Shown: positions 37,621 to 49,559 of the stretch, one piece after another | Position numbering within the stretch: the first letter of the stretch is position 1 | Layout of the letters: each line of letters begins with the position of its first letter | NCBI GenBank assembly: GCA_964016885.1 | Contig: OZ024741.1 | Coordinates: 111,476,001-111,540,000 of the forward strand | Direction: 5' to 3' | DNA from: Eledone cirrhosa | Lineage: Eukaryota | Length of the DNA: 64,000 bases | The notes under the pieces: generated by a model | Database searches by the model: none | What the model was told of the DNA's origin: nothing | The model's input: only the letters and a program-made list of their open reading frames with translations | Made by a program: the position numbers and the translations under genes

Positions 37621-39882
37621 ATCAAAGTTATTTCGTTGCACATCTGCAACATCGTCAGTGGTGCTATTATGTTTCCTCCCGTTGCAATGTATGCTTACGC
37701 CATCTTTAGTCTGTTTATTTATTTATTTGTTTATTTTATTGTCTTCTCTGCGCATGCGTTTGCGTGTGTGTATAGTATTTTGTTTGATGTGTGTTCTTGT
37801 TTGGGTGACTGTGTATTGGTTAATGTATTCTATCTTAGTTTACTAGTGTGTGTTTATATGTGTTTGTTGTTATTGTGCCTGTGTTTGTATTTATTTATTT
37901 ATTTATTTATACTTCTCTTAGGTCAGTGTTGTTTGTTTGGGTGTTGTTGTTATTCCATTCTTTTTTTCTGTTTAGCTTTGGCCTTCTAAGTTCTATTTCG
38001 CTGGCCTCTCTGATTTGCCTATCTGCTGGGTCATTTCTATGTTTAGATATTATTCTAACTTCTATGTTGTCTATGTTACCGTTGTGTTGTTGTCTGGCAT
38101 GCTCGTATAGTACTGAACCGTTTTTTCGTCCTTTTAGTTCCCCCCAGTGTTGGTCTATCCCTTCACCTATGCTACGAGCTGTCTCGCCTATGTATGTTGT
38201 TGTCATGTTTCTGCAAGTACCCTCTGTACACCTTATGCTATAGACTACGTTTCTAGTTTTACAGTTTACCGGGAGTTTACTCTACATATGATACATTTCC
38301 TATTAGTACAGTGGGTTTTCTTAAAAGGGTAGGTTTTGCTGATCAAGGATTTTATGGTGGTTCCTGGCTTTTCTACCACCTTAATCATTAAGTGGGTCTT
38401 TCTCAGGGCCTTTCTACATTAGTTAGCTAATTTCCCTCCAGGGGTAGCGTCCACAAACATGACACTCTGGTATCTCTGGTTGTCGTACCATGAGGTGGCT
38501 TTCCCTATCTTATGTCTAGTCCTATCTAAGCTATTCCATGATTTGCTCCTGTATAATGGGCAAATTCCTTTCATGTCCAGTTCTATGAGGGTCTTATACT
38601 TCTCCGTGGTTCCTTCGTATACTCTGATTCTGTCTCTTTGTTTGTAGCCAGAGAACTGCATGCAGTTGATGAAGTGTTGGATGTGTCTTTCCATTTCTGT
38701 TGGGTCGCACATGCGGGACACATTCTTCATCACTCGTACCAAATCTGCGATCAGAATATTAAACTTAGCACTACTGGACATTGATGAGTTTTTGAGTATC
38801 AGGTATTTGGAGGCCATGGGTTTAGCATAGTGTGACTGGAGAATTTGGGCTCTCTCGTCTATAGTGTTAATCCAGAGTTCCGTGTCTAATACAGGTAGTC
38901 TATTGTTAGGGTGTTTGGAAGGGTAGTCGATAGTTACAGTTATACTCTGGTGTATGGAATTAGCTATCTGCTGGATGCTTTCCTTTGTGCTACGTTCTAA
39001 ATCAAACTTGTTAGTGCTCTCTTGTGGGGATGTCCTTATTACTATATTGATGTCGTCTACGTAACGAGAGTACATGATGAGGTCTATGGAGCTCTCATCA
39101 AGGAGATCGTTGAGTCTCCTTTCCCACCATACCATAAAAAGGTTGGCAACGCCACCAGCTATGCTGACGCCAATGGTTGCTCCCTCATATTGGGTATAAA
39201 TCTTCTCGTTGAACTTGAATATGTGGCTCTTTAGGGTAGTTTTGCTACTAGCCCCTATTGCATGTGCTACCATTTTTCTTACCTGATCATTGTTTTGGGG
39301 GGGTACACCCAATCCACCTTCCCATAGGAGTCTTTTTTGCCATTGAGGTTATGGTGGGGGGTCTACCTCTTATGGGTCTACTGGGGCAGAAACCTCTAAG
39401 ATCATGGCTGTATAGGTAGTCAGTATAGTAGGAGGCCCAGTTCGTCTGTGTCGACATCGCAGAACTCCACCTCACTCTCAATGATCATCTCCACACATTT
39501 TTCCACAGCAAAGTCAATGTTAATGGATGGGTACAGTGATACCACATCCATACTGCCTATTATGCAGTTGGATACTTGCAGAAACATGGCAGCAACATAC
39601 ATAGGCGAGACAGCTCGTAGCATAGGTGAAGGGATAGACCAACACTGGGAGGAACTAAAAGGACGAAAAAACGGTTCAGTACTATACGAACATGCCAGAC
39701 AACAACACAACGGTAACATAGACAACATAGAAGTTAGAATAATATCTAAACATAGAAATAAACCAGCAGATAGGCAAATCAGAGAGGCCAGCGAAATAGA
39801 ACTTAGAAGGCCAAAGCTAAACAGAAAAAAAGAATGGAATAACAACAACACTCAAACAAACAGCACTCACCTCAGAGAAGTA

Positions 39883-39933
<51 letters not shown>

Positions 39934-40208
39934 ATACATACACAAGCACAGTAACAACAAACACATATTAACACACACTAGTAAACTAAGATAGAATACA
40001 TTAACCAATATACAGTCACCCAAACAAGAACACACATCAAACAAAATACTATACACACACGTAAACGCATGCGCAGAGAAGACAAAAAATAAACAAATAA
40101 ATAAACAGACTAAATAAAGATGGCGTAAGCATACAATGCAACGGGAGGAAACATAATAGCACCACTGACGATGTTGCAGATGTGCAACGAAAGAACTTTG
40201 ATAGACTA
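37614..40208 (-). mobile_element. 5'-truncated Penelope-like element (YVDD type) with inverted 3' copy
   Basis: Minus-strand body IGSMDVVSLYPSI, RYVDDI, LPVLDTELW, VYSIRC..YIGETARS; 39574-40208 is an inverted copy of 37614-38218. Confidence 0.92.
40157..40208 (+). ncRNA. Hammerhead-like motif at the PLE terminus (mirror copy at 37614-37665)
   Basis: CTGACGA-T-GTTGCA-GATG-TGCAAC-GAAA-GAAC-TT-TGATAG; stem I imperfect. Confidence 0.6.
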
Positions 40209-40334
40209 TATATATAAGTTTGTGTCTATATTATATCTATATTTTTGACCGTTGGTCAGTCAATGGCAACATTGAGGACCGAATAAATTAAATTAACCGA
40301 TTTAAAAGATACAGAAGCGAAAACCAACCAAACA

Positions 40335-40394
<60 letters not shown>

Positions 40395-40410
40395 AGGAGG
40401 TGAGTTTTAT

Positions 40411-40485
40411 TGTAGTTTATCTGATGAAAACACAAATATTATTGCATGATGATGTTTGTTTTTGAAATGCGCATAATAAAATACA
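40411..40485 (+). ncRNA. Solo type I hammerhead ribozyme between two (TA)n tracts
   Basis: TGTAGTTTAT-CTGATGA-AAACACAAATATT..GATGTTTGTTTTT-GAAA-TGCGCA-TA-ATAAAATACA. Confidence 0.8.
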
Positions 40486-40513
40486 TGGAACTCCTTTAAC
40501 CATCTTTTGATCT

Positions 40514-40591
<78 letters not shown>

Positions 40592-40827
40592 CCTATTTAT
40601 ACATATATATATATACACACACACAATTATATATACATACACACACATTTACACTAACAGCCCGAAACGTTATTTACCACTTCTTTCATATTTTTGTTCA
40701 TTATATCTATATATCTATATACATATACATATGCGTATACACTTATATATATATATACACACATACATACACACATATATATATATATATATACACACAC
40801 ATATATATATATACTTATGCGTATACA

Positions 40828-40907
<80 letters not shown>

Positions 40908-41812
40908 CATATATACATATATATATATGTTATATATATTATATATATATATATACATATATATACGTGAATTTAAACAGACCCAGTTGCACACACCCAC
41001 AAACACATGCACACACTTACACGCCTTTCTCACATATACACTCACCTCCACACATACTCTCTCACACCTACACACAGACGCACACGTAATATATAAACTC
41101 ACACACTCTCTTTTTCTCTCTGTCACACACATCTACTAACCTCGTACTTTCAAAAGTACGATGTACCTGCTGAAGCCAAGCACAGATATAATGGAGTGTT
41201 AAATATTTCTCAAATATAATTTAATACATATTTTCACACATCAATCACAAATTTCTCTGTGTATCATACACTTTTGTGTATTATACATTTTTGAAGTGCC
41301 TTAGTGTAGCATGCTTATTCTAACATGAAATTGCAGCTTATAATTGGATTCTTTGATCTGTTACATCTGTAGAAGTTAATATAATTCTACATCTGTTGCG
41401 GCTATGAATGTAAATGTCTATCACTATCTTTCATGTAGCTTGAAAAAAGATGTGTTGTACCATATGTTGTAGCGACAATTACCACATGTGGTACAACTAC
41501 ATATGAAGTTTTCCTATAAAAATTTCTTCGAAGAGGTAAATATTACTCATGTCACATATCAAATAATAAGATGGATTTAAGAACGAGTTTACTTGCTGAA
41601 ACTTTAGTAAGAAATAAAATAACATAATTTCATATTTGTTTTTTTTTAAATATTTATATGCTTAATATATACATACATGCATTCATCATACACACACGCA
41701 CAGACAAACATATATCACACACACACATATATATATACATATATGTATATGCATATATATAAAACTTCACAATTCTATGCGTTACTCACACAAGCACACA
41801 TATATGTATGTA

Positions 41813-41877
<65 letters not shown>

Positions 41878-42482
41878 GTATGTCACCAGTTGGTGCTACT
41901 GGTAACATGTATCCCAGTACAACCTGTCTCATGGTCGGGTCGTTGGCGACTAAACTGGCAACCCCACCAAGGTTTCCTGGTGAGGAGGGTGACTTTGGAC
42001 ATCCTGCAGGACTAAAAACAAAACCTGTCAAAAGGAAAAGGACCTCTTAAGAGTCAATGGCCATCCAAAATCACCGGGAGAGATGACCTCTTAGCCTTTG
42101 TCAAGGCAGAATTCTAGGAGAAGGAAAACTCTGATATAACACCTGCAACCCTGATGGTATCCAATGATGTTGACTTGTTCTTCTTTTTGGTAAATATCAT
42201 CTTGGTTAAGAGAGTGGGACTGGCTTTGTGCAGTGCCTTTTCTCACTATAAAAGCTTCACGGCACAGGCATTGCTTTATACCTGGAGATCTCTCTGCACT
42301 TGTCGTCACATGGTACCATGGGCCCAGCACTATGTGACAATAATTGTCACAAGTGTAGTGTTTGTACCAGAGTTTTCAAGTCGCTGGCTGGATTAAAAAG
42401 TCACACTCGTTCAGCGCATCGGTAGGGGTTCTCCTACATGGATATAAAGTAGTGGCCGTACTCGAAAACGAGTTGGCAGCCA

Positions 42483-42528
<46 letters not shown>

Positions 42529-42556
42529 CCAGAAACATATATATATATATATATAT

Positions 42557-43853
42557 CTATGACTTTGTCTAGTTTATGTATATGTAAATCTTTATATTTG
42601 ATAATCTCACATATGGTTGATATGCAATTTAGGCAGTATTAGGCTGAGCTTTCTAGCAACCAGCCCACTCGCCGTAAGGCACCAATCACATTCTTTCTGA
42701 CTTGACCACTAGCCACGTAACAGTTCTTAGCCATTTTGAATTCGTTTCTGGCGGGGATCATTTAAGAAAAATCTTCGTCCAATTGAATTGTTTCCTGATG
42801 ATTTCGAAACTCACGAATTCATCCTTGATCTGATATTTCCAAAAAGCGAATGAAACCTCGTGGGGTAGAAACATAATTTTGGTATGCTTATATACATTTT
42901 TTCTTCTAACTTTGATTTTGTACCTAATTATGTATGGTTGACGAGATATTTAATCGATTTCCACGTGCTATTAGAAATGCTGGGCAAATATTCTATAGCT
43001 GTTGATCGTGGATAGATAGCTATCGTTTATTTATCTATTATTTCTTCATAGGTGCCTTTTAATCTTATAGCCTTGTTTAATGTTTTTTTTGTGTGGTTGA
43101 TTATGCTGATTGGGAGAGGAAATACTGTATATATTTTATCAAATGATTCTATGGACGTACTTTATTGTATATTGCTCTGATTGTTGATTATTTAATTAAT
43201 TAATTCGTCATTGAGCCACATTGTGAATGGTCGCCAAAAACACATATATATATATATCTATGACTTTGTCTAGTTTATGTATATGTAAATCTTTATATTT
43301 GATAATCTCCCATATGGTTGAGATGCAATTTAGGGCTGCGCTTTCTAGCAACCAGCCCACTCACCGTAAGGCCCCAATCCCATTCTTTCTGACTTGACCA
43401 CTAGCCACGTAACAGTTCTTAGCCATTTTGAATTCGTTTCTGGCGGGGATCATTTAAGAAAAATCTTCGTCCAATTGAGTTTCCTGATGATTTCGAAACT
43501 CGTGAATTTATCCTTGATCGGATATTTCCAAAAAGCGAATGAAACCTCTGGGGTTGAAACATAATTTTGGTATGCTTATATACATTTTTTCTTCTAACTT
43601 TGATTTTGTACCTAATTGTGTATGGTTGACGAGATATCTAATCGATTTCCATGTGCTATTAGAAATGGTGGGTAAATATTCTATAGCTGTTGATCGCGGA
43701 TAGATAGATATCATTTATTTATCTATTATTTCTTCATAGGTGCCTTTTAATCTTATAGTCTTGTTTAATTGTTTTTTTGTGTGGTTGAATATGGTGATTG
43801 GGAGAGGAAATACTGTATACATTTTATCAAATGATTCTATGGATGTACTTTAT

Positions 43854-43857
<4 letters not shown>
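42557..43857. repeat. About 700-bp tandem duplication of an unidentified repeat
   Basis: 42557-43168 repeated with substitutions at 43258-43857; (TA)n flanks. Confidence 0.85.
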
Positions 43858-43925
<68 letters not shown>

Positions 43926-43928
<3 letters not shown>

Positions 43929-44059
43929 ATAATAATAAATTTGATGACTAAAATCCAAAGAGGGCTCGATAAGGATAAATATATATCAAAAAATATATAA
44001 GATCCCGTTAAGGGTGAAAGCAGCGATTCTTTGCTTAAACTTTAATCTGTTATTTTAAT

Positions 44060-44063
<4 letters not shown>
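43926..44063. mobile_element. Small two-armed fragment of the pLTR family at 49560
   Basis: 43926-43998 matches 49560-49640; 43999-44063 is the reverse complement of about 49657-49720. Confidence 0.8.
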
Positions 44064-44109
<46 letters not shown>

Positions 44110-44192
44110 TTTTTTTTTTTTACCGTAGAGTGCTTCCAATCTACTGTAAAACTTATTCTTTGACATAATCATCGAATATCGTTTAACACTTT

Positions 44193-44273
<81 letters not shown>

Positions 44274-44339
44274 CGTAAAATAAGAAAATATTTTTTAAAA
44301 AATTTTTAAAAATTTTTTTACTTACTTACTTAAATTTTC

Positions 44340-44421
44340 ACTCCAACTAATTAGTTTCTGCAATGGGATAAAGACAGTTACATAATCCAACTGTCGAGAA
44401 TTCATTGCGTCATCAGGGAGT
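44340..44421 (-). ncRNA. Type I hammerhead ribozyme, array copy 1
   Basis: Reverse complement of the motif at 45624-45705. Confidence 0.85.
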
Positions 44422-44893
44422 CTATTCTCAGCTGAGCCTCCAGGCAATGCGCGGACACTAGCGGCTCATATAAAAATAATAATTCGGTAGAAAGAACAGC
44501 TAGGCGAGGACTGGATTCTATGTACTGAAATTCTCACTGCTTCCAGTCAAATGTCCGATTCTAAAGAATCAATCACGTGACATAGAGGCTAGTTAGAAGG
44601 AATGGGATGGTAAGATGACTGACGCCTACTAACACTCCAAAAAAAAATTTTGAAGTGGTTTTGGCAGGTTTGCTCGACAAATCAGTGATTTGGAGATAAA
44701 TATAGATAATTTAATATATCAACTAACATAGGCGCACAGATGCACGTCCATGCCAGCAAATACACAGGTTATGTCATAGTACCTAGGTGGTTCAATGCAG
44801 GAGGGTGCAGAACAATAATATAAAAGACGTAAAATAAGAAAATATTTTTTTAAAAATTTAAAAAAAATATTTTACTTACTTACTTAAATTTTC

Positions 44894-44975
44894 ACTCCAA
44901 CTAATTAGTTTCTGCAATGGGATAAAGACAGTTACATAATCCAACTGTCGAGAATTCATTGCGTCATCAGGGAGT
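44894..44975 (-). ncRNA. Type I hammerhead ribozyme, array copy 2
   Basis: Same motif 554 bp from copy 1. Confidence 0.85.
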
Positions 44976-45623
44976 CTATTCTCAGCTGAGCATCCAGGCA
45001 ATGCGCGGACACTAGCGGCTCATATAAAAATAATAATTCGGTAGAAAGAACAGCTAGGCGAGGAGTGGATTCTATGTACTGAAATTCTCACTGCTTCTCA
45101 CTAGATTATGTAACTGTCTTTATCCCATTGCAGAAACTAATTAGTTGGAGTGAAAATTTAAGTAAGTAAGTAAAAAATTTTTTAAAAATTTTTTAAAAAA
45201 TATTTTCTTATTTTACGTCTTTTATATTATTGTTCTGCACCCTCCTGCATTGAACCACCTAGGTACTATGACATAACCTGTGTATTTGCTGGCATGGACG
45301 TGCATCTGTGCGCCTATGTTAGTTGATATATTAAATTATCTATATTTATCTCCAAATCACTGATTTGTCGAGCAAACCTGCCAAAACCACTTCAAAATTT
45401 TTTTTTGGAGTGTTAGTAGGCGTCAGTCATCTTACCATCCCATTCCTTCTAACTAGCCTCTATGTCACGTGATTGATTCTTTAGAATCGGACATTTGACT
45501 GGAAGCAGTGAGAATTTCAGTACATAGAATCCAGTCCTCGCCTAGCTGTTCTTTCTACCGAATTATTATTTTTATATGAGCCGCTAGTGTCCGCGCATTG
45601 CCTGGAGGCTCAGCTGAGAATAG

Positions 45624-45705
45624 ACTCCCTGATGACGCAATGAATTCTCGACAGTTGGATTATGTAACTGTCTTTATCCCATTGCAGAAACTAATTAGTT
45701 GGAGT
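45624..45705 (+). ncRNA. Type I hammerhead ribozyme, array copy 3
   Basis: ACTCC-CTGATGA-CGCAATG..GACAGTT/AACTGTC..CATTGCA-GAAA-CTAATTAG-TT-GGAGT. Confidence 0.87.
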
Positions 45706-45892
45706 GAAAATTTAAGTAAGTAAGTAAAAAATTTTTTAAAAATTTAAAAAAAAATATTTTCTTATTTTACGTCTTTTATATTATTGTTCTGCACCCTCCT
45801 GCATTGAACCACCTAGGTACTATGACATAACCTGTGTATTTGCTGGCATGGACGTGCATCTGTGCGCCTATGTTAGTTGATATATTAAATTA

Positions 45893-45947
<55 letters not shown>

Positions 45948-45953
<6 letters not shown>

Positions 45954-47055
45954 GTGTTAAACGATATTCGATAATTATGTCAAAGAATAAGTTTTACAGT
46001 AGATTGGAAGCACTCTACGGTAAAAATAATTTTCCGGAGTTATTAATATTAAAATATAAATATTAATAAAATAGATGTTCTTTTGATCAATTACATTTTA
46101 TTATACATATTTCGGATGTACAACAGTACGTCCTCATCAGACAAAATATAATGATACATGACATACCCTGAGATGTTAAATGGTTAAGATTTAATCAAGG
46201 TAGTGATTAACCCAAGAGAACATTTTACATATATAGCCTAATTATGAGAAAATGCGAAAACGTAATAAATTCATTAGAGAATGTGTGAGTAAGAAAAACG
46301 TTGCTTACTGTAACTGTTCTAGAGGTTTTAAAATGTATGATACTACGATATATCTAAGAAAACGTCTCATGAATCATAACAGCCAGTGATAGCCACTGGA
46401 AAAGGATTTATAAAGAGGAAAAGATAAAGGGGGGGGGGGGTGATATATGCAGAAGGAGATTTTTTTTTCCGAAAGTTAAACGGTTAAATTTGAAAATATT
46501 TAATTTATAATATTAGGGTGATGACTCCAGATTTCAGGATTATTTGCTGGTTATTTATATTTTATTTTTATAAATTCCATAAGTGTGTTATCATTTCTAA
46601 ACTTCTGAATTTTATGAGGGTAACATTCAAAGGATTTAGCTGGCACATCAAGAATGAAATATTATACTGTTGATTATTTAGCTAAATTTAAACTTTAACA
46701 AAGATACCAACATTATTTGGTATGTAAAGCTTTTGAAGTACTTAGTGTTATAAATATTTAAATAACGATTATGTATATAGGTATATATTAATGAGCCAGT
46801 ATATTTAAGGTAAATAATAACGACGAAGTTAAAAATAAAATAAGATAATAGATTGAGGCATGTTAAGGATAAATATACACCTATGTATAACTGGGTGTAA
46901 ATGTATTAATTATTCTTTAACCAAGATATCAACATATTATTAGATATAGGGAGGTATATATATAGATATATATTAGGTATTATTGGTGTAGTATACTTTA
47001 GGTAAATGATAACAGTTATAATTTTATAAATTAGAGTTCAACGTGTTACATTTAA

Positions 47056-47116
<61 letters not shown>

Positions 47117-48896
47117 AAAAACAATAATGAGTGCATGGATAATTCAGAGTTCAAAATAATGTCTATAATAATTTTTAGTTTGGATATTTTCTCTATATTT
47201 GAATCATATATATAGAAATGTGGTAGGTATATTTAGATTTTAAAGTGCAGTAAATATATTTAAAAGAAATATATGCATATACTATATTATATTATACTAT
47301 AAATAAGAGATCAAAAACTCATTAAAAATTCACCGTTATAGATAAGTTCCATAAAAATTTATGGATTGGGTATTAAACTAAAATTTAAAAGAGATCAAAA
47401 ATGTATTAAAAACTCACAGTTATAGATAAATTCCGTAAATATGTAAGGATTGGGTATTATACTAAATTATAAACATAGATAAGAAGATAGAGATAAAAAA
47501 TGATGGTATTGATCAAAGTTAAGAAAATAATGTTATGTGTATCAATGTTCCGGCATGTTATTGAACAAGTGTCATTCATTCGAGCGTTGTTTCTTCTATA
47601 ATATAAAGCAATATTAAAGGCCATTAATGTTTTTCACTGTTGATTATATATTCCTGGTAACCAAGTTATTATTGGTTTGGTGTTATTGCCTCTTTTTTTC
47701 TTTTTTTCTCGTTTTCTGGGAGGCTAAAAAAGTGGACGTAGCTTTATGGAGGCAACTAGAGAATAGTTAACTTTTTCTGTTAATTAGGGTCTCATAGTTA
47801 TTAATAATCAACAGGGTCTCCATTTTACAAAGCGGGCAGTTATTTGATATACTAGAGTTGCGGTAAATTCCACAGTTCCGAAGTTTTGTCCAAAGAATGG
47901 AGTATTTTAAATATTTCTCTTTTAATGACCATATGAGCTGTGATAAAGACGTGGATGATTTCCTATTAGAGTTTGAGAATGAGCATTTATGGTTCGCAAA
48001 ACGGGCTTTGAATGTGGAAGCGGTCGAACCAATGTAGTTGTATGTTTTGTGATCAGTTTTTTTTAGATTACTATCTAAACAATTATTTTGCAAAGGGCAA
48101 TTAGTTTTATTTCTACAATTACATTTTGGTTTAGTATCATTTATGTTAACTCTATTATTATGATCATTATGCTGGTTTGGTTTTAAGATTTTGGCGTTTA
48201 ATTTGGCAATGTTTTGGGCCATGTTACTGGTTGTAGAATGTGAGAATTTAATGGTATGTCTATTAAAAATGGAATGGTATTTATGTTGAGTAGGGAAAGA
48301 GGTGTCAAGAGCTTTAAAGAATAATTTTGCAATTGGTATTTTAACTGCGACCGAAGCAGGGGGTGGGGGTAGTGGTGGCAAACCATATGACTGGTTTAGA
48401 TCTAGTTCGTATTCTCGATTTATTTAGCGTATGGGTGTTTGAATTATAATTATTAGAGTTTCTCTTATATATATTATTATTTTTATTATTATTATTAGGA
48501 ATAATACTTGGATTATTATTATCTACATATTCTATATTATTCATATATCCTGCTCATTTTAACGCGTTGTTGTAGTATTCAGCATTTTTATCAAATATAT
48601 CTTTATTAGCTGATATTTTATTAATACGTTTTTGCACACTATTTACTATAGCTTTTTTTACAGATCTAGGGTGATTTGAATAGTTACTAACATAGTTTAA
48701 GTTTTCATTAGGCTTATGAAAAGGGTAATAGAAGCCAGTGTTTAAGCTAAAGGTAACGTCAAGGAAATTAACTATTTTGGTACCATTTTCTACTTCTAAT
48801 TTAAGGTCGTACGTTTTAAAGAATTCTATTATACTTTTCTTAACTCTATTTAGTTCTATATTGTTGTGTTTGACCACCGTAAATAAAATGTCGTAC

Positions 48897-48900
<4 letters not shown>
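45948..48900 (-). mobile_element. 5'-truncated Penelope-like element related to 30845-36750
   Basis: RT C-terminal half (VNFLDVTF, YPFHKPN) and GIY-YIG (CNCRNKTNCPLQNNCL, YIGST) at 47767-48901; similar pLTR; short inverted tail piece at 44115-44193. Confidence 0.9.
46095..46147 (-). ncRNA. Type I hammerhead ribozyme in pLTR
   Basis: ATTTTGT-CTGATGA-GGACGTAC-TGTT-GTACATCC-GAAA-TATGTA-TA-ATAAAAT. Confidence 0.82.
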
Positions 48901-48931
<31 letters not shown>

Positions 48932-48934
<3 letters not shown>

Positions 48935-49535
48935 ACTGCATTTTAAGTTACCTTAAATAGCAACTACACACCCATTTCTATTCTCCATATATTTCATCAT
49001 GTTTTTCGCCTTCCTATTTCGCCACTTTCTACTCTCACCCCTCTTTCTTCCCCTCATTTTCTCCCTATCTACTCTTACCCCATTTTCTTCCTCTCCCTTT
49101 CCCCTTCTCACTTTCACCCCATCGCCTGACCGTTTAGCAGTTCTCTTCTCACTTACAACTGCGGCGATCGGACGTGTGTCTTGTTCCTCTCGGCCACTCA
49201 GTCTTGAACTTAAGTTCTCTTATCGAGTGGTCTTGGATTCCCTACCTATAGCTGCTCGCATATTGCTTGGTTGGTTATTTTTTTTCGCTGTTTTGTTACT
49301 GTTTCTCTTCTCTTCCCCTTTGCTTTCCTTCCCTCCTTCCTTCGTTTTCCCAATAACTTATCCAGTTATTGGCGCCCTGTGGCGAGGTATATTGTCTTTA
49401 AAGCGTAGAAATATCCGAGAACCCCAGTAGACAACTGATGAGGAACACCCCCCCGTTCTTGCTTTCTTCGTATTCCCACTGCATTTTAACTTACCTTAAA
49501 TAGAAACTACACAGCCATTTCTATTATCCATATAT
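48932..49535 (+). repeat. About 545-bp non-coding unit with terminal direct repeat and half hammerhead
   Basis: CCACTGCATTTTAA..CCATAT at 48933 and 49477; CAA-CTGATGA-GGAAC..GTTC at about 49432-49458 without GAAA. Confidence 0.55.
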
Positions 49536-49559
49536 ATTTATATATATATATAGTAATAA

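Larger units (their letters stand above)
44268..45895. mobile_element. Non-coding 554-bp hammerhead-containing unit in tandem and inverted array; retrozyme-like
   Basis: About 1.5 units on minus (44268-45097) joined head-to-head to about 1.4 units on plus (45103-45895); copies nearly identical; no ORF in the track. Confidence 0.9.

Noticed and set aside
39448-39885. Stand-alone GIY-YIG gene
   Set aside because: Chimeric ORF spanning the inversion junction of the PLE at 37614-40208.
41880-42150. Possible LINE 5' UTR remnant (also 53308-53650 and 37131-37335)
   Set aside because: Only a vague resemblance; no coding motif or structure I can verify by eye.
42790-42820. CTGATGA-TTTC-GAAA as a hammerhead (also at about 43485)
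   Set aside because: No room for stem II and no closing stem I.
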